Shown here piece after piece: positions 50,919 through 62,200 of a stretch of 64,000 bases of DNA. The notes below the pieces were generated by a model, which was not told where the DNA came from, made no database searches, and saw nothing but the letters and a program-made list of their open reading frames with translations. This DNA is from Eledone cirrhosa (taxonomy: Eukaryota). Each line of letters begins with the position of its first letter. Within the stretch, counting starts at the first letter, position 1. The translations under genes and the position numbers were made by a program. Location: contig OZ024740.1 in the NCBI GenBank assembly GCA_964016885.1, positions 134,230,001-134,294,000 on the forward strand, given 5' to 3'.

Positions 50919-53900
50919 GGCGACCTACGTAGTAAATCGTATCATCGTGAGCTCAGCAAAGGTTTGTTATTTCCGTTTGTTAAAAATTGCCATTTATGGC
51001 TAAACGCGTCCTTACCAGCGCGCATGCCCTACAGAGACCGGATTAGCGAACTAGTTAAGCGGGCGTTGACGGGGGCCATCGTCAACAACAAGTGGGGGTT
51101 TGCTCTGAAAAGAGCGATTAGAATAGAATCCATTAGGTTTAGTAAGGCTTTAGCAATAGAGAAAAATAGAGCAGAGGGAGAACTAGTTAGAAAATTAGAC
51201 GAGGCGCTTAGCAAAGGCATTGCGACCGACGTGCTTGCGGCGAAATTGGCCCTTGACCAATTCTTCAATGCAAAGCACGAACGCTGCGTTGTCAGAGCAA
51301 GGGTGCGTGCTCTCAGACACGAGGGGACGAAAGCCGTTCAATGGGCCTGAGTGGCGGAGGCGCGTCGTGGCAACAAAGCCACGATCCGGTCTTTGGTGGA
51401 CCACGACGGGCGCATGCTACTCGATCCCGGGAAAATGTGTGAAGCTTTTCAGCGACACTTCGCTCAGCTGTTCGGGGGCAGTGGTGGGCCGGGTCGAGAG
51501 ATGGACTTTAGTGTCTACCTCGACGGACTGCCGCGGCTCTCGGCCACTGAGGCGAAATGTTGCGAAAAGCCGATAACAGCCGCTGAAGTAAGGGAGGCAA
51601 TGACTGGCTGCACAAGGGGTAAATCGCCTGGTTTGGATGGTCTGCACTATGAACTTTACGTACAGATGCCAGACTTGTTTGGAGTCCTCTTGGCGGACGT
51701 CTACTGCAACTGGCAACAGAACGGGAGAATTCCCAGTTCTGTGAGCCGAGGAGCGGTGGCACTGCTGAGAAAGGATCCGAACAAGGGGGATAACATAGAT
51801 AATTTCCGGCCCATAACTCTGCTAAACACAGAGTTCAAGATTTTGGCCAAGGTGCTAGCAAAGAGGTTGGCGCTTGTCGTTGGTGGTCTGGTGGGAGAGG
51901 CGCAGACATGCGCCATTCGCGACAGATCCATCCACGACAACCTCCACCTCATGCGATACATCGTAGAGAGGGTAGCTAGGGAACCTAGCACGGGTGGGTC
52001 CTTGATCAATTTAGTTCAGTCGAAAGCTTTCGATAGGGTCGACCATCGTTACCTGGCGACAGTCCTGAGGGCGGCTGGCTTTGGGCCCGTCTTCAGAGGC
52101 TGGATCGCTGCCATGCACAGCGACATCTGCTCTGTGGTGAGAGTGAACGGTCACCTGTCGGAACCGTTCAACATCATGCGCTCGGTCCGCCAAGGATGTC
52201 CCCTCTCGTCCCTCTTGTACGTATTGACTCTCGAGCCATTACTGCACAAACTGGAGACGTTGAGGGGCATCCCGCGCGAACTACGATGCGGACGATGTCA
52301 CCATAGTGGTGTCGAACGCCAAACACATCGAGGCGATCGGCACTACACTAAGAGAATACGAAGCGGTGACAGGAGCAATGATCAACCAGGAAAAGTCAGT
52401 GGGCCTGCAGCTCGGCACCTGGAGAGGCAGGTCCATGCCGTCCAACAGCGTCGTCGGACGCTGGACGGACGGACCGGTTAAATTGCTAGGGGTCTGGTTC
52501 GGTCCGGACCTCCAGACGGACAAAAACTGGGACGAGGTGACGAGCAGGGTGGCTTCTCTCACCCAGAAATGGGCGGAGAGGAAGCTATCCCTGAAAGGTC
52601 GAGCGGGGGTGGCTAACGCGTACATCGCGTTTGTCATCTGCTACCGCCTGACCGTAGTACCTTGTCCTAAGCCTCACCTGACTGCGTTGGAGCGTTTGCT
52701 CTTTCGCTTTTTGTGGAAGGGACGCGCTCCGATGGTCAGGCGGTCCATCTGTTGTCAACACCCGCTACGTGGAGGGCTGGGCATGCCGTGGCTGATGATG
52801 CGTAGGCACGCGCTCAGGCTACGACATCTCCACCTCTTCCTCGACGGTGATCAGATGTGGTCGCATTTTGCTAGACACGTATTTCCCCAGCTCGTTTCCT
52901 TGACGGAGCTGCAGTCCTGGGTCAAGCGAAGACCGAGAGGGAGCGCCTGGAGACTGGAATGTCTTCAGGCGCTAACAGCCCTCGACCAATCGGGCAATGT
53001 GATCGGTGGAAACTCCACCTCAGCGTTCTATAGAGGATCAGTGGAGGGGAAGAGCGACGACGTGCTTGGGGAAACTCTAGGCGTCGACGAAAATCAACTA
53101 GCCAATCTCTTCGGAAGAACTTTCGGGCCAGGGCCTATGGACAACTTCCAGAAATCTCTGGCCTGGCAGTGCTACCGAGGAGCCTTGCCAGTTCGGGATA
53201 AACTCTACAGGCATGGAGGTACCGTCAGCCGGGCATGTCCGAGATGCGCGCAGGGCGACGAAACCGTCCTGCACGCACTCGTCCAGTGTCCGAGCATTGC
53301 TGACTTGTGGGTTTATGTCGAACACCTTCTGTCACGTGTAGGACGGATCCGGCTATCATCTGAGTCCATTGTGAGGATTGCCCCGCCCTCCTCCTTTAGC
53401 CGGGAAGGGCAGGAAGCTTTTATCTGTCTGGTGGCCATGGCGAAAGAGATAGTATGGGGGACACGTTTGAAAGGGCTGAAGACGAGCACTTACCTCTTCG
53501 GTGATGCTCTGATTGACTTTTTCAAATTTCATTTGAAAAGGAAAATCAGAGTAGAGAGGGAAGTGCTCTCTTCCCAGCATTTTGTTGAAAGATGGGTGAG
53601 AGAAGCAAGAATGGCCCGAGTGAATGGGCCTACTCTGAGTATAAATCTGTAAATTAAAGGTGGAAAACTGGGAGAGGGCACTTGCCTTGGTGGTCAGGGT
53701 CATTGTGGCCTTTTATTGGGCTTTCTCCACAAATGTCCCTCCGAAGTCTCCCCCCTATTGGGGAATTTTTCATTGTTATTTTTTGTTACATCCTCTCTTT
53801 TTGTTTTTTACACGCAGAAATGCCCATTTGTACCGTCCTGCATTGTCCTGCACTGTCCTTAATGTCTACTTTATGTAAACCCTTGTGGTTAATAAAGAAA

Positions 53901-53935
<35 letters not shown>
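50919..53935 (+). mobile_element. Tx1-clade LINE copy B: 81-nt 5' end joined to post-APE ORF2, disrupted, (TTA)n tail
   Basis: 5' end ggcgacctacgtag as in copy C; jumps at 50999/51000 to ctaaacgcg; stop at 51348; deletion at ~52290 removes the YADD codons. Confidence 0.95.
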
Positions 53936-54143
53936 GGCGACCTACGTAGTAAATCGTATCATCGTGAGCTCCGTAAAGGTTTGTTATTTCCGTTTGTTAA
54001 AAATTGCCATTTATGGAAAATTTTATTGTTAACTGTTTATAAGCACACATACATTGTTTTCCGAAAAGGACACCCAAAAAGATTGGGGCCTTGTGCCCAA
54101 AATTTTAACTTTTATTATTATCCAAAAATTTCTTTGAAAAAAA

Positions 54144-56128
54144 ATGGCTAATTCCCCTCTGCACGAAGCAGCTGAAAGCCTTCCTCACAAAATAACACCT
54201 CACACCGACACCACCATTGTAAATGTTACTACGTTTGCCAACACAAAAAAAAATATAAGCAGTAGCAATATTTTAAATTTGTCTCAGGCAGACATTCATT
54301 TCCCGCCATTACCAATGACTGCAGGTGTTAAAGCCTCCACCACCACCACCACCGCGACAACCACCACCCCCACCACCACCGCGACAACAGAAACAAAAGA
54401 AGAAAAAAATAAATTAACTCGTGATGTCGAAATGAAATCAAGCAAAATGGACTCTTCCGCACCAAAGACGACTGACGTCACCACCACCACAACTGAAACT
54501 AAAATTAATATTAACGATAGCAACAACAACAACAATGACATTATAAAACCCCCCCTCAGTTTCGCCAGAGTAGCAAAACAATTCAAAGCATTTATGGTAA
54601 CTCAGGAAGATTTAGAAAATGCCAAACAAATGGTAAAGAAAGATGGGTACAGGGTCAGCCTCACGCCCCCACCTAATAAAATGGAGCATCGGCGCCTATG
54701 CACCGTGTCGTATAGAACAATAAATGTAAAATCGCGTCGAGTGGAACGGGCATCCGAGTCCCAAATCCAAAAAGCTTTGGGACATGTGTGGGCAAGAAAA
54801 ACCCACATCAGACGTGGGCAAAAGTATGGAACCGTGGATGTGTTCTTTGAAACACCAGAGGAGGCTAGGGAACACTCCATGGCCCCATTAAAAAGTGACG
54901 ACTTCACACTCGTCCCAAGCTATTGTGGCCAGAGACTCGTAAAGATCAGGGTGACCCACGTTCCACCGGCCATCGAAATTCCCTGGCTAATAGCGGCTGT
55001 TCTCGCCGGCATCGAAGCCAACACGAAAATAATAGCAGTAGCAAAAGAAAAGCAGGAAAACTGGTCCGGATCTGGGATGGAGCTCCTAATCCAAGCGGAC
55101 CAAAAAAGCATTGAGGAGATCCCAGAGGTAATAGACCTCACTGACGGCAGCCACCTCACCGTAATTGTCGAGGGCAGAAGACCTAGGTGTGTCGTTTGTG
55201 GTGAAGGAACCCACCTAAGGGCTTTCTGCCCTCAGGCTAAAAGGTTGAAGCCACCTCTCCTACCCACCCCAGTGACACAACCATCAACACCACCAGTAGC
55301 AGAGATGGCAGCAACAACTGTAGCAGCAACAACAGAAGCAACTATAACAGCAACAACCCCAGCAACAGTAGCAAAACCAACACCACTACCACCACCAGCA
55401 AAACCAACACCACCACCACCCAACGCTTCAGAACTAGCACCAGCGCCTACACCATCCACCACACCACAACCAAAACTAACGGCTGTGGAGGATTTTCCAC
55501 TCCCCGGCCTATCACAACTGGAGACAGATTGTGACGACGAGGAGTGGGAAACGATATCCGGAAAAAAAAAAGAAACCAAAAAAGAAAAAATTCTCTTCCT
55601 TCTCCCTCCAAAAACAAAATACAGAGGGAAACAAATAAACTAAGAAACAAAAAAGTTAGGACAGATATGCCACCATCCACACCAGCATCACCAACCCCAT
55701 CAACCCAAACACCAACACCATCACCATCATTAACTCCAACACCACCATCACCTACACCACAAAAGTCACCAAAATGCGAAACAGAAACAAACCCACAACA
55801 AACGCAAACAAAACAAAACAACCAAAACGATACACACTACACAGCATTAAATTTGAACAACAAGCAATTATTACACTACATCCAACACAACACCAGCATC
55901 ACAGAAAAAGACTACACAACAACCCCAAAATTCACACCACCTCCAAACATACAAATCACTCGCATCACACAGAAAACGTACATGACACTAAAACAAAAAT
56001 TCCCAAAAGACATCGGAGACTTCCGACAAGCACTCTCCAGGAGGATTTATAAGGACATCCTTCCTGAGGAGGCCACAAGCAGTGAAAAGGATGGAAAAAC
56101 CGTTCTTCCCCTACGAGAAGTAAGGTAA
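54144..56128 (+). CDS. LINE ORF1 (gag-like: RRM-like region, CCHC knuckle, Pro/Thr-rich linker) with one frameshift at the A-run near 55562
   Basis: CVVCGEGTHLRAFC = C-X2-C-X4-H-X4-C; the downstream frame (55544-56128) is homologous to the copy A ORF1 tail. Confidence 0.85.
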
Positions 56129-56162
56129 GTGGTCTTTCCCATCTTTTCCACTCCTTTTCAAC

Positions 56163-59100
56163 ATGACCTCACTCAGAATAGGCAGCATAAATGCGCGTGG
56201 CTTGGGGTCGTCATGGAAGCAGGGCCACCTGCTCAACGACCTCAGGTCACTAAACATAGATGTAGTGGCCATCAGCGAGACCAGAATCTCCGAAGCACAG
56301 GCTTTCGCACCGATCTTCGGCGGCTACGATGTGTACGCATCTCCCAGCCGTCCGGGATCGGGAGGAGGAGTTGCTGTGCTTTTTCGGAGAGGTTTGGATC
56401 TTGCCATACGGGCCATCTTCCTGGACCCAGAAGGTAAGTTGGTGGTGCTGGACGTGACCAGCGGAGACGGGAAAGCTTTCAGGTTAGTGGCCGTCTATGC
56501 CCCGACAGGAGCAGGGCGGCCTGATTTCTTCCGGCGTCTGGAGACCTTTCTTGGAACGTCCCGCTCTTTAGTGTTAGTGGGCGACTGGAACGGGATCTTA
56601 GATGCACGCTGGGATTGTGTGGGATTAGTGGATAGGGGAGGAGGGTGCAAGAGTCTCACCAACCTGCTCAGACGTTTTGAACTGTCTGACAGGTACCGAA
56701 TGGATTTCCCGAATGTACCAATGTGGACTTGGACAAATCGCATAGGGTCATCCAGATCATATCTAGATAGAGTATTTTGTAGGGAAATAGATAGGTCTAG
56801 CATAGGCTGTCCACAATTCAAGATAGTCAGCTACACGGACCACAAATTCGTGATCTGTGTGCTTGACTTAGATAGGCTTCATAGGCGAGGACCCGGCTAC
56901 TGGAAGCTAAACGCGTCCTTACCAGCGCGCAAGGCCTACAGAGACCGGATTAGCGAACTAGTTAAGCGGGCGTTGACGGGGGCCATCGTCAACAACAAGT
57001 GGTGGTTTGCTCTGAAAAGAGCAATTAGAATAGAGTCCATTAGGTTTAGTAAGACTTTAGCAATAGAGGAAAATAGAGCAGAGGGAGAACTAGTTAGAAA
57101 ATTAGATGAGGCGCTTAGCAAAGGCATCGCGACCGACGTACTTGCGGCGAAATTGGCCCTTGACCAATTCTTCAATGCAAAGCACGAAGGCTGCGTTGTC
57201 AGAGCTAGGGTGCGTGCTCTCAGACACGAGGGGACGAAAGCCGTTCAATGGGCCCGAGTGGCGGAGGCGCGTCGTGGCCACAAAGCCACGATCCGGTCTT
57301 TGGTGGACCACGACGGGCGCATGCTACTCGATCCCGGGCAAATGTGTGAAGCTTTTCAGCGACACTTCGCTCAACTGTTCAGGGGCAGTGGCGGGCCGGA
57401 TCGGGGGATGGACTTTAGTGTCTACCTCGACGGACTGCCGCGGCTTTCGGCCACTGAGGCGGAGTGTTGCGAAAAGCCGATAACAACCGCTGAAGTACGG
57501 GATGCAATGACTAGTTGCACAAGGGGTAAATCGCCTGGTTTGGATGGTCTGCTCCATGAACTTTACGTACAAATGCCAAACTTGTTCGGAGGCCTCTTGG
57601 CGGACGTCTACTGCAACTGGCAACAGAACGGGAGAATTCCCAGCTCTGTGAGCCGAGGAGCGGTGGCGCTGCTGAGAAAGGATCCGAACAAGGGGGATAA
57701 CATAGATAATTTTAGGCCCATAACTCTGCTAAACACAGAGTTCAAGATTTTGGCCAAGGTGCTAGCAAAGAGGTTGGCGCTTGTCGTTGGTGGTCTGGTG
57801 GGAGAGGCACAGACATGCGCCATTCCCGACAGAGCCATCCACGACAACCTCCACCTCATGCGATACATCGTAGAGAGGGTAGCTAGGGAACCTGGCACGG
57901 GTGGGTCTTTGATCAATTTAGATCAGTCGAAAGCCTTCGATAGGGTCGACCATCGTTACCTAGCGGCAGTCCTGAGGGCGGCTGGCTTTGGGCCCGTCTT
58001 CAGAGGCTGGATCGCTGCCATGCACAGCGACATCTGCTCTGTAGTGAGAGTGAACGGTCACCTTTCGGAACCGTTCAACATCATGCGCTCGGTCCGCCAA
58101 GGATGTCCCCTCTCGTCCCTATTGTACGTATTGACTCTCGAGCCATTACTGCACAAACTGGAGACGTTGAGGGGGGTCCCGCGCGAACTAGGATGCGGAA
58201 GATCCGTGTCAGCATATGCCGACGATGTCACCGTAGTGGTGTCAAACGCCAAACACATCGAGGCGATCGGCACTACACTAAGAGAATACGAAGCGGTGAC
58301 AGGAGCAATGATCAACCAGGAAAAGTCAGTGGGCCTGCAGCTCGGCACCTGGAGAGGCAGGTCCATGCCGTCCAACAGCGTCGTCGGGCGCTGGACGGAC
58401 GGACCGGTTAAATTGCTAGGGGTCTGGTTCGGTCCGGACCTCCAGACGGACAAAAACTGGGACGAGGTGACGAGCAGGGTGGCTTCTCTCACCCAGAAAT
58501 GGGTGGAGAGGAAGCTATCCCTGAAAGGTCGAGCGGAGGTGGCTAACGCGTACATCGCGTCCGTCATCTACTACCGCCTAACCGTCGTACCTTGTCCTAA
58601 GCCCCGCCTGACTGCGCTGGAGCGTTTGCTCTTTCGCTTCTTGTGGAAGGGACGCGCTCCGATGGTCAGGCGGTCCATCTGCTGTCAACACCCGCTACGT
58701 GGAGGGCTGGGCATGCCGTGGCTGATGATGCGCAGACACGCGCTCAGGCTACGACATCTCCACCTCTTCCTCGACGGTGATCAGGTGTGGTCGCCGTTTG
58801 CGAGACACGTTTTTCCCCAGCTCGTCTCCTTGACGGAGCTGCAGTCCTGGGTCAAGCGAAGACCGAGAGGGAGCGCTTGGAGACTGGAATGTCTCACAGC
58901 CCTCGACCATTCGGGCAATGTGATCGGTGGAAACTCCACCTTGGCGTTCTATAGGGGATTAGTGGAGGGGAAGAGCGACGACGTACTTGGAGAAACTCTA
59001 GGCGTCGACGAAAATCAACTAGCCAATCTCTTCGGGAGGACTTTCGGGCCGGGGCCTATGGACAACTTCCAGAAATCCCTGGCCTGGCAGTGCTACCGAG

Positions 59101-59573
59101 GAGCTTTGCCAGTTCGGGATAAACTCTACAGGCATGGAGGTGCCGTCAGCCGGGCATGTCCGAGATGCGCGCAGGGCGACGAAACCGTCCTGCACGCACT
59201 TGTCCAGTGTCCGAGCATTGCTGACTTGTGGGTTTATGTCGAACACCTTCTGTCACCTGTAGGACGGATCCAGCTATCAGCTGAGTCCATCGTGAGGATT
59301 GCCCCGCCCCCTTCCTTTAGCCGGGAAGGGCAGGCAGTTTTTATCTGTCTGGTGGCCATGGCGAAAGAGATAGTATGGTGGACACGTTTGAAAGGGCTGA
59401 AGACGAGCACTTACCTCTTCGGTGATGCCCTGATTAACTTTTTCAAATTTCATTTGAAAAGGAAAATCAGGGTAGAGAGGGAAGTGCTCTCTTCGCAGCA
59501 TTTTGTTGAAAGATGGGTGAGAGAAGCAAGTATGGCCCGAATGAATGGGCCTTCTCTGAGTATGTGTCTGTAA
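56163..59573 (+). CDS. LINE ORF2: APE endonuclease, reverse transcriptase and C-terminal zinc-binding domain (1136 aa)
   Basis: NARGL, ISET, VYAP, GDWN, LDRV, TDH, GYWKLN (APE); KSPGLDG, FRPITLLN, DQSKAFDRV, QGCPLS, YADD (RT); CPRC..ETVLHALVQC. Confidence 0.97.
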   Translation: MTSLRIGSINARGLGSSWKQGHLLNDLRSLNIDVVAISETRISEAQAFAPIFGGYDVYASPSRPGSGGGVAVLFRRGLDLAIRAIFLDPEGKLVVLDVTSGDGKAFRLVAVYAPTGAGRPDFFRRLETFLGTSRSLVLVGDWNGILDARWDCVGLVDRGGGCKSLTNLLRRFELSDRYRMDFPNVPMWTWTNRIGSSRSYLDRVFCREIDRSSIGCPQFKIVSYTDHKFVICVLDLDRLHRRGPGYWKLNASLPARKAYRDRISELVKRALTGAIVNNKWWFALKRAIRIESIRFSKTLAIEENRAEGELVRKLDEALSKGIATDVLAAKLALDQFFNAKHEGCVVRARVRALRHEGTKAVQWARVAEARRGHKATIRSLVDHDGRMLLDPGQMCEAFQRHFAQLFRGSGGPDRGMDFSVYLDGLPRLSATEAECCEKPITTAEVRDAMTSCTRGKSPGLDGLLHELYVQMPNLFGGLLADVYCNWQQNGRIPSSVSRGAVALLRKDPNKGDNIDNFRPITLLNTEFKILAKVLAKRLALVVGGLVGEAQTCAIPDRAIHDNLHLMRYIVERVAREPGTGGSLINLDQSKAFDRVDHRYLAAVLRAAGFGPVFRGWIAAMHSDICSVVRVNGHLSEPFNIMRSVRQGCPLSSLLYVLTLEPLLHKLETLRGVPRELGCGRSVSAYADDVTVVVSNAKHIEAIGTTLREYEAVTGAMINQEKSVGLQLGTWRGRSMPSNSVVGRWTDGPVKLLGVWFGPDLQTDKNWDEVTSRVASLTQKWVERKLSLKGRAEVANAYIASVIYYRLTVVPCPKPRLTALERLLFRFLWKGRAPMVRRSICCQHPLRGGLGMPWLMMRRHALRLRHLHLFLDGDQVWSPFARHVFPQLVSLTELQSWVKRRPRGSAWRLECLTALDHSGNVIGGNSTLAFYRGLVEGKSDDVLGETLGVDENQLANLFGRTFGPGPMDNFQKSLAWQCYRGALPVRDKLYRHGGAVSRACPRCAQGDETVLHALVQCPSIADLWVYVEHLLSPVGRIQLSAESIVRIAPPPSFSREGQAVFICLVAMAKEIVWWTRLKGLKTSTYLFGDALINFFKFHLKRKIRVEREVLSSQHFVERWVREASMARMNGPSLSMCL

Positions 59574-59860
59574 ATTAAAGGTGGAAAACTGGGAGAGGGC
59601 ACTTGCCCTGGTGGTCAGGGCCACTGTGGTCTTTTAATGGGCTTTCTCCACAAATGTCCCTCGGAAGTCTCCCCCCTATTGGGGAATTTTTCTTTGTTAT
59701 TTTATTTCAACCTCCGTTTTTTTTACACGCAGAAATGCCCATTTGTACCGTCTTGTATTGTCCTGTACTGTCCTTAATGTCTACTTTATGTAAACCCTTG
59801 TGGTTAATAAAGAAAACATTATTATTATTATTATCATTATTATTATTATTATTATTATTA

Positions 59861-60770
59861 GGGCGGTGAATTAGTAGTATCGGTAGAGGGTTGCACGCCA
59901 TGCTTTCTAGCATAATTACCTCCATTTTCGGTCTGAGTTCAAATCCCGTCGAGGTTAACTTTGCCTTTCATCCTTACGGGGTCGACAAAAAATAAAGTAC
60001 CAGTCACGCACTGGGGTCGATTTAATCGACTTTCCCTTCCTCCCAAATTTCTGGCCTTGTGCCTATATAAGAAACCATTATTATTCCCGCCGAGGTTGAC
60101 TTTGCCTTTCATCCTTACGAGGTCGATAAAATAAAGTACCAGTAATGCACTGGATAATTGCTGGCCTTGTGCCTAAAGTAGAAACAATTATTAACTTAGT
60201 AGATTGGTAGTATCGGTAGAGCGTCGGGCAATATGGTTTACGGCATATAGTCACGGCCTTTACGATCTGAGATCCACTCCCGCCGAGGTTGGCTTTGCCT
60301 TTCATCCCTACGGGGTAGATTAAATGAAGCACCAGTAACGTAGTGGTGTCGATTTAATCGACTCCCCCCCCCCAAAAAAAAAATATTACTGGCCTTGTGT
60401 CTATACTAGAAATCATTATTATTAACTTTTTTAATAATTGTTTCTACTTTTGCCACAAGGCCAGCAATAACCCAGTGGATTACTGGTACTTTATTTTATC
60501 GACCCCGTAAGGATGAAAGGCAAAGTTAACCCCGGTGGGATTTGAACTAGAATGGCAAGGGCTGTAACTTTTTTAATAATGTGCGGTGGGTTGGCAGTAT
60601 CGGTAGAGGCTCGGACGCCATGCTTTGACGCATAGAGTTACGGCCCTTTCCATTCTGAGTTCAAATCCCGCCGAGGTTAACTTTGCCTTTCATCCTTACG
60701 GGGTCGATAAAATAGTAATGCACTGGGTAATTGCTGGCCTTGTGCCAAAAGTAGAAACAATTATTATTAA
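59861..60770. mobile_element. Cluster of five Meta-like SINE copies (59861+, 60085+, 60200+, 60432-, 60580+)
   Basis: Repeated B-box gagttcaaatcc, core ttgcctttcatccttacggggtcgataaa, and ggccttgtgcc..agaaac(a/c)attatt tails. Confidence 0.9.
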
Positions 60771-60989
60771 CTTTGTTATTAATTTTCAAATATTTACATT
60801 ATATTAATAGTAATATTTTTGTCACAAACTGTTGATAGGGCACTACACATTGTTCTGTGAAAAGGAGACTATATTTTTTTGAAAATAATTTTTTTCGTCA
60901 AAAAATATATACGGAATACTCTCATTAAGCCAGCTGTCACGTGACAGCAGCTCAAATGTTGAGACAGGTGACGCCGCTCCCATCCCCAC

Positions 60990-61780
60990 CATTATAAACT
61001 GTGTTACCATTTGACGGTCGGACCGGTCAAGTTGCTCGAGGTCTGTTTCGGACGACATCTCCGGATTGATACAAAACTGAGACGAGGTAACTAACAGTGT
61101 GGCAACTTTCACCCGGCAATGGGCAAAGGGGAAGCTATCCCTGGCACATCAGGTGGAGGTGACAAACGCGTACATCGCGTCCGTCATCTATTACCGCCTT
61201 CTCCTCAACTTTTTGTGGAAGGTATATGTTCCATTGGTGAGGCGTTCCATTTGTTGTCAGCAACCTCTACGCGGAGTGCTGGGCATTCTGTGGCTGATGG
61301 TGCGCAAACATACGTTGGGTCTACAGCATCTTCAGATATTCAGCTCGTCTCCTTGACTGATCTGCAGTTGTGGGTCAAGAAAAGACCGAGACTAGGCACC
61401 TAGTATCTGAAATGTGTCCATGCGCTCACTGCTTTCTACCAGGCAGGTAATACGGTCAGTAGAAATTCCACTCTAAAGTTTTATAGAGGATTAGTGGTGG
61501 GCAAATACGTCGACCCTCTCAGTTTGGCTCTGGGGATGGACGAAATTGAACTGACCAGTCAGTTCTGGTGGACTATGGATAACTTCCAGAAATCCCACGC
61601 TTGGCAGTGCTACCGTGAGGGCTCTACCTTTCCGAAATAAACTCTACATGTACAGAAGTTCGGTCAGATGAACCTTCCGAGATACTCACATAACGACGAA
61701 ACCGTTCTGCACGCACTCATCCAGTGTCCGTGCATTACTATCGATCGAGTCCATAGTAAAGATCACCCCGCTACCTTCAT
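60990..61780 (+). mobile_element. Older degenerate Tx1 ORF2 fragment (thumb to zinc domain)
   Basis: DGPVKLL, KLSL...EVTNAYIASVIYYRL, RRSICCQQPLRG, MDNFQKSHAWQCYR, DETVLHALIQC, with indels. Confidence 0.85.
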
Positions 61781-61894
61781 TTGGAAATAATTTGGGTTGA
61801 TTGCTCGTCCAAACTTTTTTAAATGTGGATTAGGTCTCATAATGCCAAAATCAAAAACAAGGTTTTGTGTCAGGATATGAAGACGACACTTCAG

Positions 61895-62200
61895 GTGACA
61901 GCTACCACCTAGTAACGATCTTCTCTCACGAATAACCAGAAAATTTGCACCTAGAATGTTCCCCTCCGAGGCACATGTTTGAGCAAGGTGGTTTGTGGAA
62001 GACCCGCAGTCACCCATGCAATCCGATCTCCCCACTCCCCGCCACCAATGTTGGGGGAAAGGCAATGGCCGATACAGCTTGGCACCAGTGATGTCGCAGC
62101 TAATTTCTACAGATGAGTAAACTGGAGCAACATGAAATAATGTGTCTTGTTCTATGACAAAACGCATTACACGGTTCGGGAATCGAAATCCCAACCTTCC
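61895..62200 (-). mobile_element. tRNA-derived SINE of a second family (CORE/V-like)
   Basis: Minus strand: ggttgggatttcgattcccgaacc (B box), caagacacattatttcatgttgctccagt, ggtgccaagctgtatcggcc. Confidence 0.65.

Larger units (their letters stand above)
53936..59860 (+). mobile_element. Tx1-clade LINE copy C: full length (~5.9 kb), (TTA)n on both sides
   Basis: 5'UTR, ORF1, 34-nt spacer, intact ORF2, 3'UTR with hairpins, AATAAA and tail. Confidence 0.97.

Noticed and set aside
55555-55580. Programmed -1 ribosomal frameshift in ORF1 at the A-run
   Set aside because: The homologous part of copy A (PLP...W...SPSK, ~46485-46590) stays in one frame, so a homopolymer indel or sequencing error is simpler.
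59861-59950. SINE heads as tRNA genes
   Set aside because: B box present, but no complete cloverleaf, and each continues into SINE core and tail.
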